Assembly: GCF_964204645.1 (NCBI RefSeq)
Contig: NC_134029.1
Span: forward strand, 3,100,001-3,164,000
DNA: 64,000 bases
Direction: 5' to 3'
Source: Tubulanus polymorphus
Taxonomy: Eukaryota; Animalia; Nemertea
Shown here: positions 39,801-52,600 of the stretch, in pieces
How positions within the stretch are numbered: the stretch's first letter is position 1
Layout: each line of letters starts with the position of its first letter
Notes under the pieces: model-generated
Databases searched by the model: none
Seen by the model: only the letters and a program-made list of their open reading frames with translations
What the model was told of the DNA's origin: nothing
Position numbers and translations under genes: made by a program

Positions 39801-41287
39801 ATCGGCAAGATTTCACAAACTTTCTATTCTACCTTTCGATTTATGAATTCAGCTGTTCTTATGTTTATAGATGTGACGAGTGTACGTTGTGTTATCACTT
39901 CGAATGTTTGGATCCGCCGTTAAAGAAGACTCCGAAGCGTCGTGGATATTCGTGGCATTGTGAGGCGTGTGACCCTACACAACTAGAAAGCGTAAGCGTT
40001 ATTGCCCATATTCGATCACGAGAGCTGTCAAACATAGTGAAATATCATAAAAGGCAGTCAGTGTAGATGCACTATAGCGGCTTGCCCATTAAATAATATA
40101 CTGAGGTGGAATTTTCCAAGATTTTAAAATTATCCGCGGCATTATGGTCACGACTTAAAGGGTTAAGGCACTTTAATGTCAAAATGGACACAATTTGGTC
40201 CCAAAAATTTCCTACCTGATTTCCCTCAAGAATTGGTACGACTTCGAGATCATGTCCCTAGAATTTGAAGCGTATTTAATCAACAGTTGATTGCTAAATG
40301 CTCTTTTCGTTTCAGGATTATTTTGAATCGGAGGACGAACAGGACGACACGAGTGCTGACCCGAACGTACGATTCAAGATTAAAAAACGCAAACATTCGA
40401 GCAGCGATGACGAGGAGGATTCCGACGAGGAAAGTGAGAATGAAGAGGAAAGCGTTAAGAGCGGCGAGAGGGGCGGAGCTTCAGTTAGAAAACCAACCGC
40501 TAAAACCACAGCAACGAAAAAGGACAATAGTAAATCTCAGAAAACCGTGGCAAATAGAACTTTAACTAAGAACAATGCGACATCAGCAGCTACGAAAAAA
40601 AAACCATCTGCTAAAACTAGTAGTTCTGCTAAACAACAAGAGGGGGCGACTGCAACTAAATCGACATCAGCTAAATCGACATCGAAAACAGCCGGAAAAT
40701 CAACAGCAGCAATGACGAGTAAAACTAATGGAAAAACCACTGCACAATCAAAAACACCAACTAAAGATAATCCCAAAACAATTCAGAATAAAACTAATAA
40801 AACAGGCAAAATAACAACTCCTAAAACTACCCCAACTGGGACTGGGAAAACTACCCCAACTGGGACTGGGAAAACTACCCCAACAGGCACTGGGAAAACT
40901 ACCCCAACAGGCACTGGGAAAACTACTCCAACAGGAGCTGGGAAAACTCCCCCAACAGGGGCTGGGAAAACTACCCCAACAGGGGCTGGGAAAACTACCC
41001 CAACAGGGGCTGGGAAAACTACCCCAACAGGGGCTGGGAAAGCTTCTCAAACAGGGACTGGGAAAACTGCTCCAACAGGAGCTGGAAAATCACAAGGGAA
41101 AGCAGCTACCACTGCAACTGGAAAATCTACTCCGGTTGCAAAAACCCCTCCAGCAGGTGGGAAATCCCCTACTGGAAAGTCTGTACCTAAGTCACTACAG
41201 GGTAAAGATTCTCAGGGTTCTACGGGGTCTAAAGGTTCGGGTAAGGGTAATGGGTCAACTAATAACAAAAATGCCAAGAATAAATAA
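33855..41287 (+). CDS. PHF14: PHD finger protein 14 (acidic N-terminus, PZP module, coiled coil, PHD3, PHD4, basic repetitive tail; ~1179 aa)
   Basis: Twenty in-phase exons (3540 nt): 33855-33915, 34129-34245, 34428-34625, 34703-35019, 35278-35523, 35877-35932, 36099-36210, 36291-36385, 36471-36513, 36695-36835, 36914-36989, 37202-37384, 37470-37576, 37679-37896, 37975-38106, 38364-38499, 39269-39370, 39450-39556, 39871-39991, 40316-41287. Motifs: SKRRVKP...DSDFEV, CSVCLGD...VHEGCYG...[78 protein letters not shown]. Confidence 0.95.
37005..37170. mobile_element. Non-autonomous DNA element in PHF14 intron (CAGGG terminus, hAT-like)
   Basis: Ends in TAAGAACCCTG; homologous to 31497-31540. Confidence 0.55.
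38158..38172 (+). promoter_or_regulatory. Consensus CTCF motif
   Basis: CCACCAGGTGGCGCT in the intron splitting PHD3. Confidence 0.55.
38789..39000. mobile_element. pogo/Tigger-like MITE with TA target duplication
   Basis: TA|CAGTCAAATCC...GGACTTGACTG|TA. Confidence 0.7.
40823..41090 (+). repeat. Coding 24-bp tandem repeat (GKTTPTGT/A x ~11) in PHF14 last exon
   Basis: AAAACTACCCCAACWGGGRCTGGG units, in frame. Confidence 0.93.
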
Positions 41288-42110
41288 TTAACAATAGTTT
41301 ATTTATTGTATGTAAAAATTTTTTATTATACCTTGGTTCACTGATCTCTTTGTTTTTTAATATTAGAAAGTTTTGTTAAATACACGGTAATAGCAACTAG
41401 TTAAACCTGAGAGTCGAAAACCATAGTTAATGTTTCAAATCAATCGATAAGAAGTCAATAAGTATTATCGATGCAAGACGTGACATTTTGCAAAAAGACA
41501 ATAGCCAGTTTTATTTGAGTGTGGGTGATTCCATGTTGTTTCTTCTGAGATCTCTTTGTGAAGTATGAATCTTATGATTGTATTTAAAGAATGCTGGTAA
41601 CCGTAACTCAAAAGCTATGAAAATATATGTAATAGTGTTAATATATGCATTTAATTCTTGCATTTGTAAACTGTAGACAAACGTTTTTAGTTTTTCTACG
41701 TCTGTGAATGTCTGATGTCTGTAGTCTATAATGTGTCTATAAATACATGTGCTTCCAAAATTAATTTGGATATTTCTATATCATAATTCAGTGCGTTTAT
41801 TTTTAGAATTTATTTCTAATAAGGATTTCAGTAATTTTGAGGATCTTTTGACCAGTCATGGCTGCAAATGGGGGACGCAGGTGCGTGATAAGATATTGAT
41901 TTATTTCCTGACAGATATACGCTATTTTCATGCTATTTTAACGCGGAACGTGGTGGCCTAGCGGCATTCTTGTAAACTAATGTCACTCGACATCCTTAAC
42001 CAGTCCAACCTTCGAATAGACTGGTTGCCTGTCCACAGTAGTTCACAGAAATTACGCCAGGTGACCGTACGGTGCTGCCACCAAGTTGAATGAAAATCGT
42101 TTCTCAAATA

Positions 42111-42137
42111 TGACGTCAAATTGGGAAATCCGGAAGT
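42111..42137 (+). promoter_or_regulatory. LRRC59 proximal promoter motifs: CRE (TGACGTCA) and ETS (CCGGAAGT)
   Basis: TGACGTCA at 42111-42118 and CCGGAAGT at 42130-42137, ~90-115 bp upstream of the ATG. Confidence 0.55.
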
Positions 42138-42225
42138 CCACGTAGCACTACACTTCATGAACTTCATGTCATATTTATCGTCTCGAACTCTTTCTTTCAT
42201 CTGAAATATTACAAAAATTTATAAG

Positions 42226-43908
42226 ATGCCGAGCAAAAAAGAAAGTCTGAGAGATAAACTTGAGGATAACGTTCTGGACCTGAGTTTGAATGAGCTGTCC
42301 GTTGTTCCAGTGAAGGAAATAGTGAGTAGACGTCGATCGGATGATGATGATTGATGATGATGATGAGGATACCGGTTCGGCCGGGTTAGGTTGAAGATGT
42401 AGAGTAGGCGTAGCGTAGGTGTACTAGTCTACGAGTACAGTTACAAAGTTACCAGTGCAGATTAAGAAAAACAATGATTTTTGTTCACTGCATGTAATAA
42501 TATATTTTTTAGGCTGCTCTAAAACAAGGGACTCATCTAGATCTATCATGCAACCTCATCACATCATTACCAGTAAGTATCTATTACTTAATAGTAATCT
42601 AATCAAATTCAGCAAATCCTTGAACTTATCAATCCTCTTCTTGATTGAATAGTCTATTCTTGTATTTTTGAGTACATTGGCATTGTCTTTTTCAGGACTC
42701 ATTTTGCGAATTAACGCATTTAGTGAAACTAGACTTGAGTAAGAATCAGTTAGTGTCGTTACCACAAGCATTTGGAAACTTGCGAAATTTGCGCCGCGTC
42801 GACTTGTCGGGAAATAACTTAGTGACTCTACCTGTTGGGCTGGGACACTTTAAGAGTCTACAATGGTTAGATTTGAAGGGTAATCCTCTAGATGAACGTT
42901 TACAGCGTGTTGCTGGACTCTGTCTCGACGAAACTCAATGTAAATCATGTGCCAAAAGAGTAAGTATTATCTCTATTCGAATCTGCGTGACTCCATACTT
43001 CATCGCATAGACCAGCCTACCTCTGCAGTAGTTTTAAGCACAAATGACAATAATTTAACTTTGAAAAGAGTATTTTATTTGAAAATGAGTTACTTCATTC
43101 GGATTTTGAGAGTATTTTAATAAGTGTTAAGTTACATCAAAATGCTCTTTTTCCTTGAAAGATGGTTGCATTTATGAAAGAAGTTCTGTCGGAACAAGAG
43201 AGAAAACGTCAAATTCAGTTGAAAGAAGATCGGGGTAAAAATCATTGAATTCTGGGCGCCAAAAACTCTTTACGGTTGACTTCTTGTAGTTTGATTATTA
43301 TTTCTGTATGCAGCGAAAGAAGCGGAAAAAAAGGCGGAATTAGAACGAGAAAGAGAATTGAGAAAGAAAGAAAAATTGGCAGAGAAAGAAAAGAGACGTG
43401 TAGAATATTTAGAGAAACAGCAAGAAATAGCAGCGCGTCAAAAACAAGTTTTCAAATCAAACGGTATTTTATTAGCTATTTATAGTTCATGATTTGTTAG
43501 ATGACCAGACCTGTATTTTCAACTATATCTATCCATTCAGGTGAAAATAATGTGACAGGGCATGGTGATAAGAATAATGCTAAAACGGATAAGAAAGGTA
43601 CTGTTTCTTAATGCGAGGGGATCATTCATTTATTATGTTCACACGTTGGGGGAGGGGTGATGTCCGATGCGTACAAGTGGAGGGGTCAAATATTTTGTTC
43701 GTACGCTAATAAGTCCCTAGATGAAATACATTTTTCGTGGTTTATATCAAAATATTCATGATTTTCTATATATTTATCTTCAGATGGATTGTCGTGTAAA
43801 GGTTTTATTGTATCCCTCCTTGTACTACTCATAGCTGTCGCGATAGGGCTATGCGTTTATCTAGTCTCAAAAGATGGAAATATGCCGTGGAAAGAGTATC
43901 TAAAATGA
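42226..43908 (+). CDS. LRRC59: Leucine-rich repeat-containing protein 59 (LRRs, coiled coil, C-terminal TM anchor; 274 aa)
   Basis: Exons 42226-42321, 42513-42572, 42696-42959, 43162-43234, 43314-43463, 43541-43597, 43784-43908 join in phase (825 nt). Motifs: [38 protein letters not shown]...[18 protein letters not shown]-rich coil, [29 protein letters not shown] at 43912 and 43952. Confidence 0.96.
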
Positions 43909-44009
43909 GTGAATAAATACACCATCTATCTACTTATGCACTTCTATTTAAAATAAAGTATTTATGTTTTAAAAATTTGTCATTTGTCATCGATTATAAA
44001 ACTTTGTCT

Positions 44010-44175
44010 TTATCCAGTTTAGTCCTTGGCTTATTTATCGTCGTTTCCAAAGACGAACAACCCTATTGGATTGTTGGTTTAACCCCGCACCAGGACAGTC
44101 TTTGAAGTGATGCCCTCGCACCGTAAGCAGCCAGTGGGACTATAAGTTCGAGCCAATCCAACACTAGGTCTTCAT
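44010..44175 (-). mobile_element. Degenerate SINE copy related to 61550-61722
   Basis: Shares CTGGCTGCTTAC and ATCCAA(TA)GGGTT..TT.GTCT..G..AAAC blocks in the same order on the minus strand. Confidence 0.5.
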
Positions 44176-44699
44176 CAACTGGAGAACTGTGTGTCATCAT
44201 TACACAATCCAATTAACCTTAGAACGGCATACAAGAAAATAAGTGAGGAAGCAAAAATGAATAACAAATACAACCAATTTTTCATATGAAAAAATTCACA
44301 CATTTCTGTGTCCAATTTTACTTGTGGCCAAAGACAAGAGACTGACAAATATATGTCCGTCATTGAATACACAAGAGCCCAGTTTAATACAAAGCGAGGG
44401 AAATATGTATATATTTTTAACTTAACAATATATATATATATGTATATATGCAGTTTTAACTTTTGCCTTGGAAATACGCTATCATTGACAACTCGTACCA
44501 TATCCCTTAAAATACCGGGTGGTTTTCATTTTTGCTCAGTTTTGATGCAACCGCATGAATACTATTTTCAAGCTTTTGAAATACAATAATCTACTGTTTA
44601 ATTAGATAAAAACATCGATAAACCATGCACTTCTGGATCTGGATATATTAATAATATAATAATAATGATAATATGGTACAACCAGTCAATAGCGGATGA

Positions 44700-47600
44700 A
44701 GTACATACTATAACTAACTATACGTTTATTGCTTAAAAACACAAAAAATAAATTATGCTTGCTACCGGGTGCTAATATCTTATCTCTGTTTAAACAAAAA
44801 CCATAGGACAAAGTTTTCCAATGCTTTCATTTATATTTGGAATATCATCTGCAATTGCTGAAAAACCAATGGTATTCTTCATCCATAAGCAAACATGATT
44901 CTTGACCCAAATAAATTGAGGCATTTCACTTCAAATACATATCTGATTTCTTCTTTCTACCCCATTAACCTCAAAAAATATAATCCAATTGAGGAAGGCC
45001 TCCCCAATTAGGGAGTCAATTGCTCGTAATGTAACAATTATAATACCGTAATCAGTGGAAAAAATCAGTGGTAATCTCACTCACAATATCAATGAATGCT
45101 TTAAGCAATTATTGCACAGCGAAATCAAAGAAAAACTTAGTGAATCTGATATATCATAAATGCCTTCATAAATATGGCATCAGAGTTCATGAAATTCAAG
45201 AGAAATACACTTGGAACTCGACCAGTAACTAATGTTTCATTCAGTTTGTCTACAATCTGTAAATTTTCAAACGAATCGAAGAGAAAACTGTATGAAGAAT
45301 ATTCACAAAATTTTACCAAATACAGTATGGATTATTGAAGCAATTGGGAATGGATATTTCTCGTGAGACAGACAATTTACTGGCTCAGTCTGTACTGAGT
45401 GGATAACTCTTCGAGAACTCGCGATCGCTTTGTCAATGAAACAGATTATGTCAAAAACTGAGGAACAAAAACAATTCGCAGGAAATATTTCATGAAACCA
45501 TGAACTCAAGACACAGTTCACAACACAAAGACTTTTTATCCTCAAAATATTTGTAAGATACGTTTACGTATAAACACCAAAAAAAAAAACAAACAAACCC
45601 TAAATTAACAAACACAGACAATCGATGAGAATAAATGGTTCTATAATCAATGAAAATAGATGGTGGGCATTGTGTTCAAATCAATAAATATATAATAGTT
45701 AATAAATAATAATAATAAGCTAAATCCAACAAGATGGTTTGATTACAAGTGTCAGGAACAATGAAAACATTCCCTCACGCACTTTAACTCGGACAAGTGA
45801 AACAAATATATGAATAAATGGTAATGTCAACAATAATTCGGAAGAATCAATTGAAGTTGATAGCCGCAAATACCGTAGTATGATATCGAACAAATCAAGA
45901 GGGTTTCATTTGAAATTGGTTTCAAGAGTGCCATCGTTACTGGTTATTTAATTGATGAAAACAGAACAATGATCTAAATAGAAAATTGAGAAAATCAATT
46001 TTTGAAAGACATGCAAATGCAAGACAGGAAATATTACTATTCAACTAGCTGTGTGGTTGTAACACAAGTGAAGTGAAATGCTAACTGCGTTCATACAGAA
46101 GAACAATAGATTGAAGTTACAGCGTCTACTTTTGAAATGGAATCAGATCTATAATGTACAGACTAGACAATTCACTGGAATGTCACAGTGCAGTTCGACA
46201 TTCATTATACTTAAAGAAAAATTCATTTTGAAGAAGTATCTCTGATGAATATTTCTCTCTAAATGAAGAAAACCTTGTTCCATATTCAGGACCCAGTTCT
46301 ACAGTTAAGAAAATTGGCTCTCGAGTTAAGATTTTGAGTCGAGGATTCTGACTCCTGATCCTGAAATAAGTTCATTTTCAAATGGAATTTCAATATTGCA
46401 CTGTGGAACTGGTTCAATTTAACTGATAATCTTGGAATGTTAATTCAAAGTGTGATTTCATAGATCTGAATTCATATTAAAGCTTCCAATAATGAATTCA
46501 TACATAAACAAATCTGTAATTCATCTAATAATCATGACTAAAACGAGCTATTTTGAATGTGGCATGAATGCGCAAATCGTAGCCAAGAACTAATAAAAAC
46601 TAACTAAACCTAATTAATATTGAATAACTAAAATATTTGTACTAAACCATGCAGGGCATATCTTACATACTACACCGGCAGTTGGAAGTTTAAGTAAAAT
46701 CATGAGAAAAACATAAAATGCCTCGTTTTTAAAGTCAAATAGTTACCACATTATAGATCAGTACGATGACAATTAACGCTGAAGTCAATGCAGAATGAAG
46801 TGAGAGAATAAAGAGGTAGATTAGACTCATGAATGAACTGAAATTGTGTCGAAATACTGCCCAATAATTTTCACCATTCAAATATCACTTACATCTCAAT
46901 TCATCATTTGCATATTATTCTTTTCAGTGTCGAGTATTTCCAAGGCAACAAGACAAAACCACGTCATCAGACTCTCTCAAACATTGAAACATTTTCCTCC
47001 ATCATCACAAATCATTGTATATAATACGTATTTGCCATATTTCATAACATTAAAAATGAGCTCCCGCTTCTTGAGCCCACGACAAAATATACCGAATAAT
47101 TTCCTTTTTACTATAGAACACGCGTTGAGCTTTAACATCAGAGCGCGTTCCTAAAATTTTCAAAAATACATTTGCATTTTTTTCCTCCGGCAGGATATTC
47201 AACTCTTTTTAATAATCTTTCTAGAGAAAAACATGGAGAGAACTTGTATACATGTGTGCACCGCATAGCATCAACTCGGGCAAAAATATCACTCACAGGC
47301 TGGCTTCGCAAAAAAACTTCCAACTTAGATGCTATTAGTTACTTCTCATTGTCAATGAACCAGACAATGAAAACCGTTACAATCTAAATGCATATTTCAC
47401 ATCACATATTATTTCGTCATGATTGCGTCTGCCATACTGGTCACAAACATAAAATGTTAATAAACTACTGAACTGACCAGACACATACATATATACGCAA
47501 ACAATCATCTAAGTCGGCCCTGAGAGTTTATTAACATTTCAATCAATTCCTCCATTGACCATTTTCAACAAGTTTTCTCCCCTATTTTCATTTTACAAAT

Positions 47601-49670
47601 TCTTTCAACCCCATATAACTTTCTTCCTCGCGCATTCTTAGTATTTTTTTCTAAAACGAAATGAAATTCCTTGCAAGATTTACTGGTAATCTTATTGATA
47701 ATCTTATTTTCTGATAACAGATATAATGTACACGCAAGGCCCATTTCATTTCATTGCACTTTACACATATGTATATATAAAACTCATGTATTTTCCTATG
47801 CACTCTTTCAATTTACTCTGATCATTTTCAAAACTGGCATACTTAAGGAGACACAACACGCAGGAAAATGATTTTTTTGAGATCTGGGTACTCCGGAGAT
47901 CTGCGTACTTGAAGCAAGTCGGTAAATTGATAAATTTGTCTAGTGCGCAGTAAAGGGAATGATAGTGCACGCGAGCGAAAGGTTCTTTTGAAATGAGAGA
48001 AGTCCGGAATGTGGAAGTTGGCCACTGAATAGCACAAAATACTTCTCAGGAAAGACAAGATTGATAAGCCAATAGTTTTTTTTTAGTCAATACGCGGCTA
48101 TTGTAAATACATCCATACACAGGGGGTCGTTTAACAACACTAGCTGACATTACGCTACATAGTTTGAAACAAGGTTCAAGGTGTTGAATGATTCTACGAC
48201 ACTTAAAATACACCATTTATGGAAGGAAAAGAGAGAATTCTACCGCAGTACATATAAAAATGCATGCATTCACTCATATCTGCGCCCAGGTCGGTGCTTC
48301 GAATATCAAATTGTACCTTTTGTCGCTATAATCGATTGTACCTAATTTGATTGCGGTGAATGAATGGCATGAACTCATTATCAATCCAGAAATTCTGTAT
48401 CGGATCCGAACTGGTTTATCTATCTACATGGCAAGACTGATGGATTCCAGATTGTCTCAGCTGCCGCGATTGTCATGGTTTTCCTATTGATTTTCGAATG
48501 ATATTTTGTTTAATTCACGACTCGTACGACGTTAAGAATTTAATAATTATGCGAATACTAGACCATCGGAAGTTACAACGACTACAAAACCCAGAACCCG
48601 AGCTTGAAGATTTTAACCATTCTCCGATCGGAACAACCAATAACCTTCGAACAAATCATCCGTGCGAAATGCCATTAATCAACGATTACAAGAATCTTAT
48701 CGATCCGAAATATTGAACCGAAGAAATGGTAAAGAATAGGATTTTTTCAAGCGACTTGGAATAAATAACACTTATTGGAGAGATAACGGATATGTTTAGC
48801 ACAGGAGTGTGATGGACTGTATGCCGAGTTAACTGGCTCAAACAGTTATAAAAACACAAGTTATACGATTAAATAGTTACGCAACGAATGGAAGCCAAAA
48901 CCGATATATTAATAATCATCAATCGATATCATAATTATTCTCTTTTTTATAATGTTATTATATTATTATCATCATCATCATCATCATCATTTGAAAAGAA
49001 AAAACATTCCTAATTGCCATGGTCGAAAGATACGCATTCTCAACCACCCTGATAACACCCATCCATCCATACACCAGACTAACATTCAAACCAGCCCAAC
49101 CCAACCAACCGTCACTTTAGAATTGCATCCGTTTTATAGAAAATTCTCTGCATTAAACAAGAGATTAAAGTTGATTTATCTTTCTAATTAGTAAATTGAA
49201 CAGACGTTCTCATCAGATGCGCATACGTATAACTGGCGGCAGTGGTAGGCTGGACGATTACTCTCTCGTCTTTGGAAGACGGCCAAATCATCATATTAAA
49301 CAATCATAGAACAATAATAATAATCATTATATTTATAATATATATATATATATGTATATATACACAATGTGGACAACAGCTGCGGGGGTTCAATTGAATA
49401 AATACTCTTTTATTTCTTTCTTTTTTGTCAATAAATATGTAAGTATCGCTTTCTCCCTCTATATATATAAGGTGGCACTTCCATTATCATTCTTAGGTTT
49501 ATAATCATTGAACTCTATAATACATGTATTTCTCTCTCTCGCTCTCTCTCTCTCTTCTCGTTCTCTCTCTCATTCTCTCTCTCACTCTTTCTCTGTACTG
49601 GTAATACTGTCTTCTTCTCGGACGTCGCTTATAATAACAGTGTTGACGACCGTCTTAAAGGGCATCGTTG
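44700..49670 (-). other. Probable long (~5 kb) 3' UTR of the AFF gene
   Basis: No credible exons; U-rich on the minus strand; AATAAA on minus at 44725-44730. End point is inferred. Confidence 0.5.
46289..46415. mobile_element. MITE of the same family as 24725-24829
   Basis: GGACCCAGTTCTACAGT...ACTGTGGAACTGGTTC with internal GAGTTAAGATT. Confidence 0.6.
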
Positions 49671-52600
49671 TCACGTGTCCTTCAGCCAATGTAACCCATG
49701 TCTGACGTATTTAACTAAGTGCTGCAGGCTGCTGGACAGAGTCAGTTCACCGCACGTGAAATTCAGATCTCTGAAGAAATCTGGATCAATAAAACAAACA
49801 CTACATTGAAATACTGAACACCTCAATAATGTACGTTTAAATCAGTTGGAAGCCATAAGAATTACCTTTAAATTCGAGGGCCTGTGTATCTGCCTGGTCC
49901 CATAGATTGTGACACTGATGAAGAGGGTCGATAGTCTGGATATATTGTTGCGTAACGGAATGTATCCTGTGAGGTACGATGACCGAGTTCGTAGATGTCA
50001 TGTTCCCGTTCGTTAAACGAGGCAAACAATCTCCACTTCCCTGCAATAAAAACACGTCAACACTTGCGGATGCAACGCTTTTTCATTTATAATTGATTGT
50101 AGTATAGAGTATTATCAATTTACCTGTGATCCTACGGAACCAACACTGGCAGGTGAGGGTGTGGGCGACATCGGAGACGGTGTGCCTGTACTTCTATTCC
50201 AAGTTGTTTGATAAGGCGAAGGAGCCTGCGATGGTTTCACCGAAGGAGGATGGGGTTGCTGCAATTTCAAATGAAAATATCCATTGATTCCGTGGTTTTC
50301 TAAATATTCCTCGCGAAATTGATGATCATAATCAGCATTTTCAATCTGTGAGCGGTGAATTTTTAAAATATTCATCTAAACAGATGAATATGAAATAGAA
50401 ATGAACTTATATTGACAAAATAGTTTATCTAACCCACAACTGGAACATTCACATGTAATTCTATAATGATTTTTTCAGTCACCATTGACTATACAAACCT
50501 TATTATAATCATCAATAGCTTTTTTCAATTGACCTGCTTCCTTTCGTTTCAGCTTGTATAGTTTTAAACATAACAATGACTGGATACGTAAACTGTGAAA
50601 AAAAAAAAAAAACATCAACACTAAGATGGATTGATTTCCTCCCGAGCTATGCTGCCGTCTAGACAAATTTTTATCATCTTTAAAGTCGGATCATCAACGA
50701 CTGTCAACACTCGTAACTACGAAAAAAATATCCCTCGAAAAGTTTCTATGGTCTTTAAGTGTTGTAAAGATTTGAATCATGTATTTTAACGCAGCACTGA
50801 AACTAACCTTAAAATGTTGAGTTTTCGTTCTTTGTACGATATTTCTGGGTCTCTCGATCCACCGAAACGGCAGATATGTATCAGCAGGTTGAGAGTATCT
50901 TTGAACATCGTAAAGATTTTCATATTGACGGATATGCGATCATGTTCCATTGCGATTCCGCATTGTATAAACGACAGTACCGCCTCGACATACATTAATG
51001 ATTTCGCTAACTTATCCATCTGCAATAAAAGAATTTAAAAAAAACATGACATGAAATCAAATACTTATCATGAAATATCTGCTGACCAAACTTCACATAA
51101 CAGCGACAGATTTTAAGGTCATAAGATTTAGGAGAAACCTTTCTTTTTGAGTTTTTCTGAGACAGCAAATTTTAGGCAAAAGTTTTGAATAATAGTAAGA
51201 GACAATAACCTTATTGTTAGAACCTTGTGGATTTCTTGACTGCATCTTAAAATTGAAAAAAAAATTAAGCCATGATGAAAATGTTTTGGTTAGAGAATTT
51301 TCTCATGAAGTAAGTGAGAGAATGATATAGCTATCGGAATGAACTAATTTACATTTTACTTGAAGACTTAACCGGCAACATAACACACATGCCACTGGAA
51401 CTGATACAAGATCTGAACCCTGACAATCCATTGTGAACTGTATTTGAGTGTATCATAATAGCTTTTATTAACTCATGTGAATAAGTTGTACTGATCCAGT
51501 AGATTGGTCGAGTAAACAGCAGTGAAATAAACAACAGATATTCACAGACACTAACACACTCAGTTTTTAACATTAGACACATAGGTATATTGAACATACC
51601 AAGCTGTCAGCTTGATGCTTGAGTTTCTTTGCCTCTATGAGATAATAATCAGCAGTTTCCATCCTGAAAATCAATTCATCAGTTATAAGCATTATCTACT
51701 ACTAATAACCATTGATTAACAGTCGGATTATATGGAATCCCATACCCAGCCTGTACCAATCATATATTCAATCCGTATTTACTTACTTTTCTTCTCTTTG
51801 AGTGTCAGGAGCCATCCACTTCCTATCAATGTTGCCATTTAATTCAGCAGAAGGACCGACCCTAGCTTGTTCCTGTAAGCAAATTCAAAATCTATCAGTG
51901 AATCAGTGTGGAATCGGTGTGGAATCAATGTGGAATCTGTGTGGAATCGGTGTGGAGAGTCAGTAAGTTTACACGACTCGAGTGAAACTGGTAGAATGCG
52001 TCTGCAGTCGAACCGTACCTTTTTACTGACGCGATCATCAGGACGGTCCCATTCCGTTCGATCTCGAGACGCGCGTGGTCTATCGTAATCTCTCTCGCGA
52101 GATTCTCTACGACCGCTGCGATCGTACGAGGAATATTTCGTCGTCGTCGTCGTTGATCGTTTTCCATCACTACGATTACTGATACGACTCGACGTGCTGG
52201 ACGTACTGCCGCGACGGTCTCGTATTCGAGGGTGCTGTTTACGATCCCATTCATGATCATCTTCATGACTTCTACACGAAATAACACAATCAATACAAGT
52301 GACATGTACATGTGTATGTATATATACATGTATGTACATGTACAACAATACAGGAAGACAGTGATTCAACTTAAGTCAAATAAACACAAGACCTTTCATA
52401 ATCTCCCTCATGAACGACCTGAAGCTACCAAACCCTTTGGCCGGGCCTGAAGCTACCCATCCCTGTGGCCAGCCTAAAGCTACCCATCCCTGTGGCCGGG
52501 CCTGAAGCTACCCATCCCTGTGGCCAGCCTGAAGCTCTCCTGCCTGTAAGCCCCCCTTGTGGAAGGTCTGGTGATACTTACTCTCTATCTGATGTGTCAG

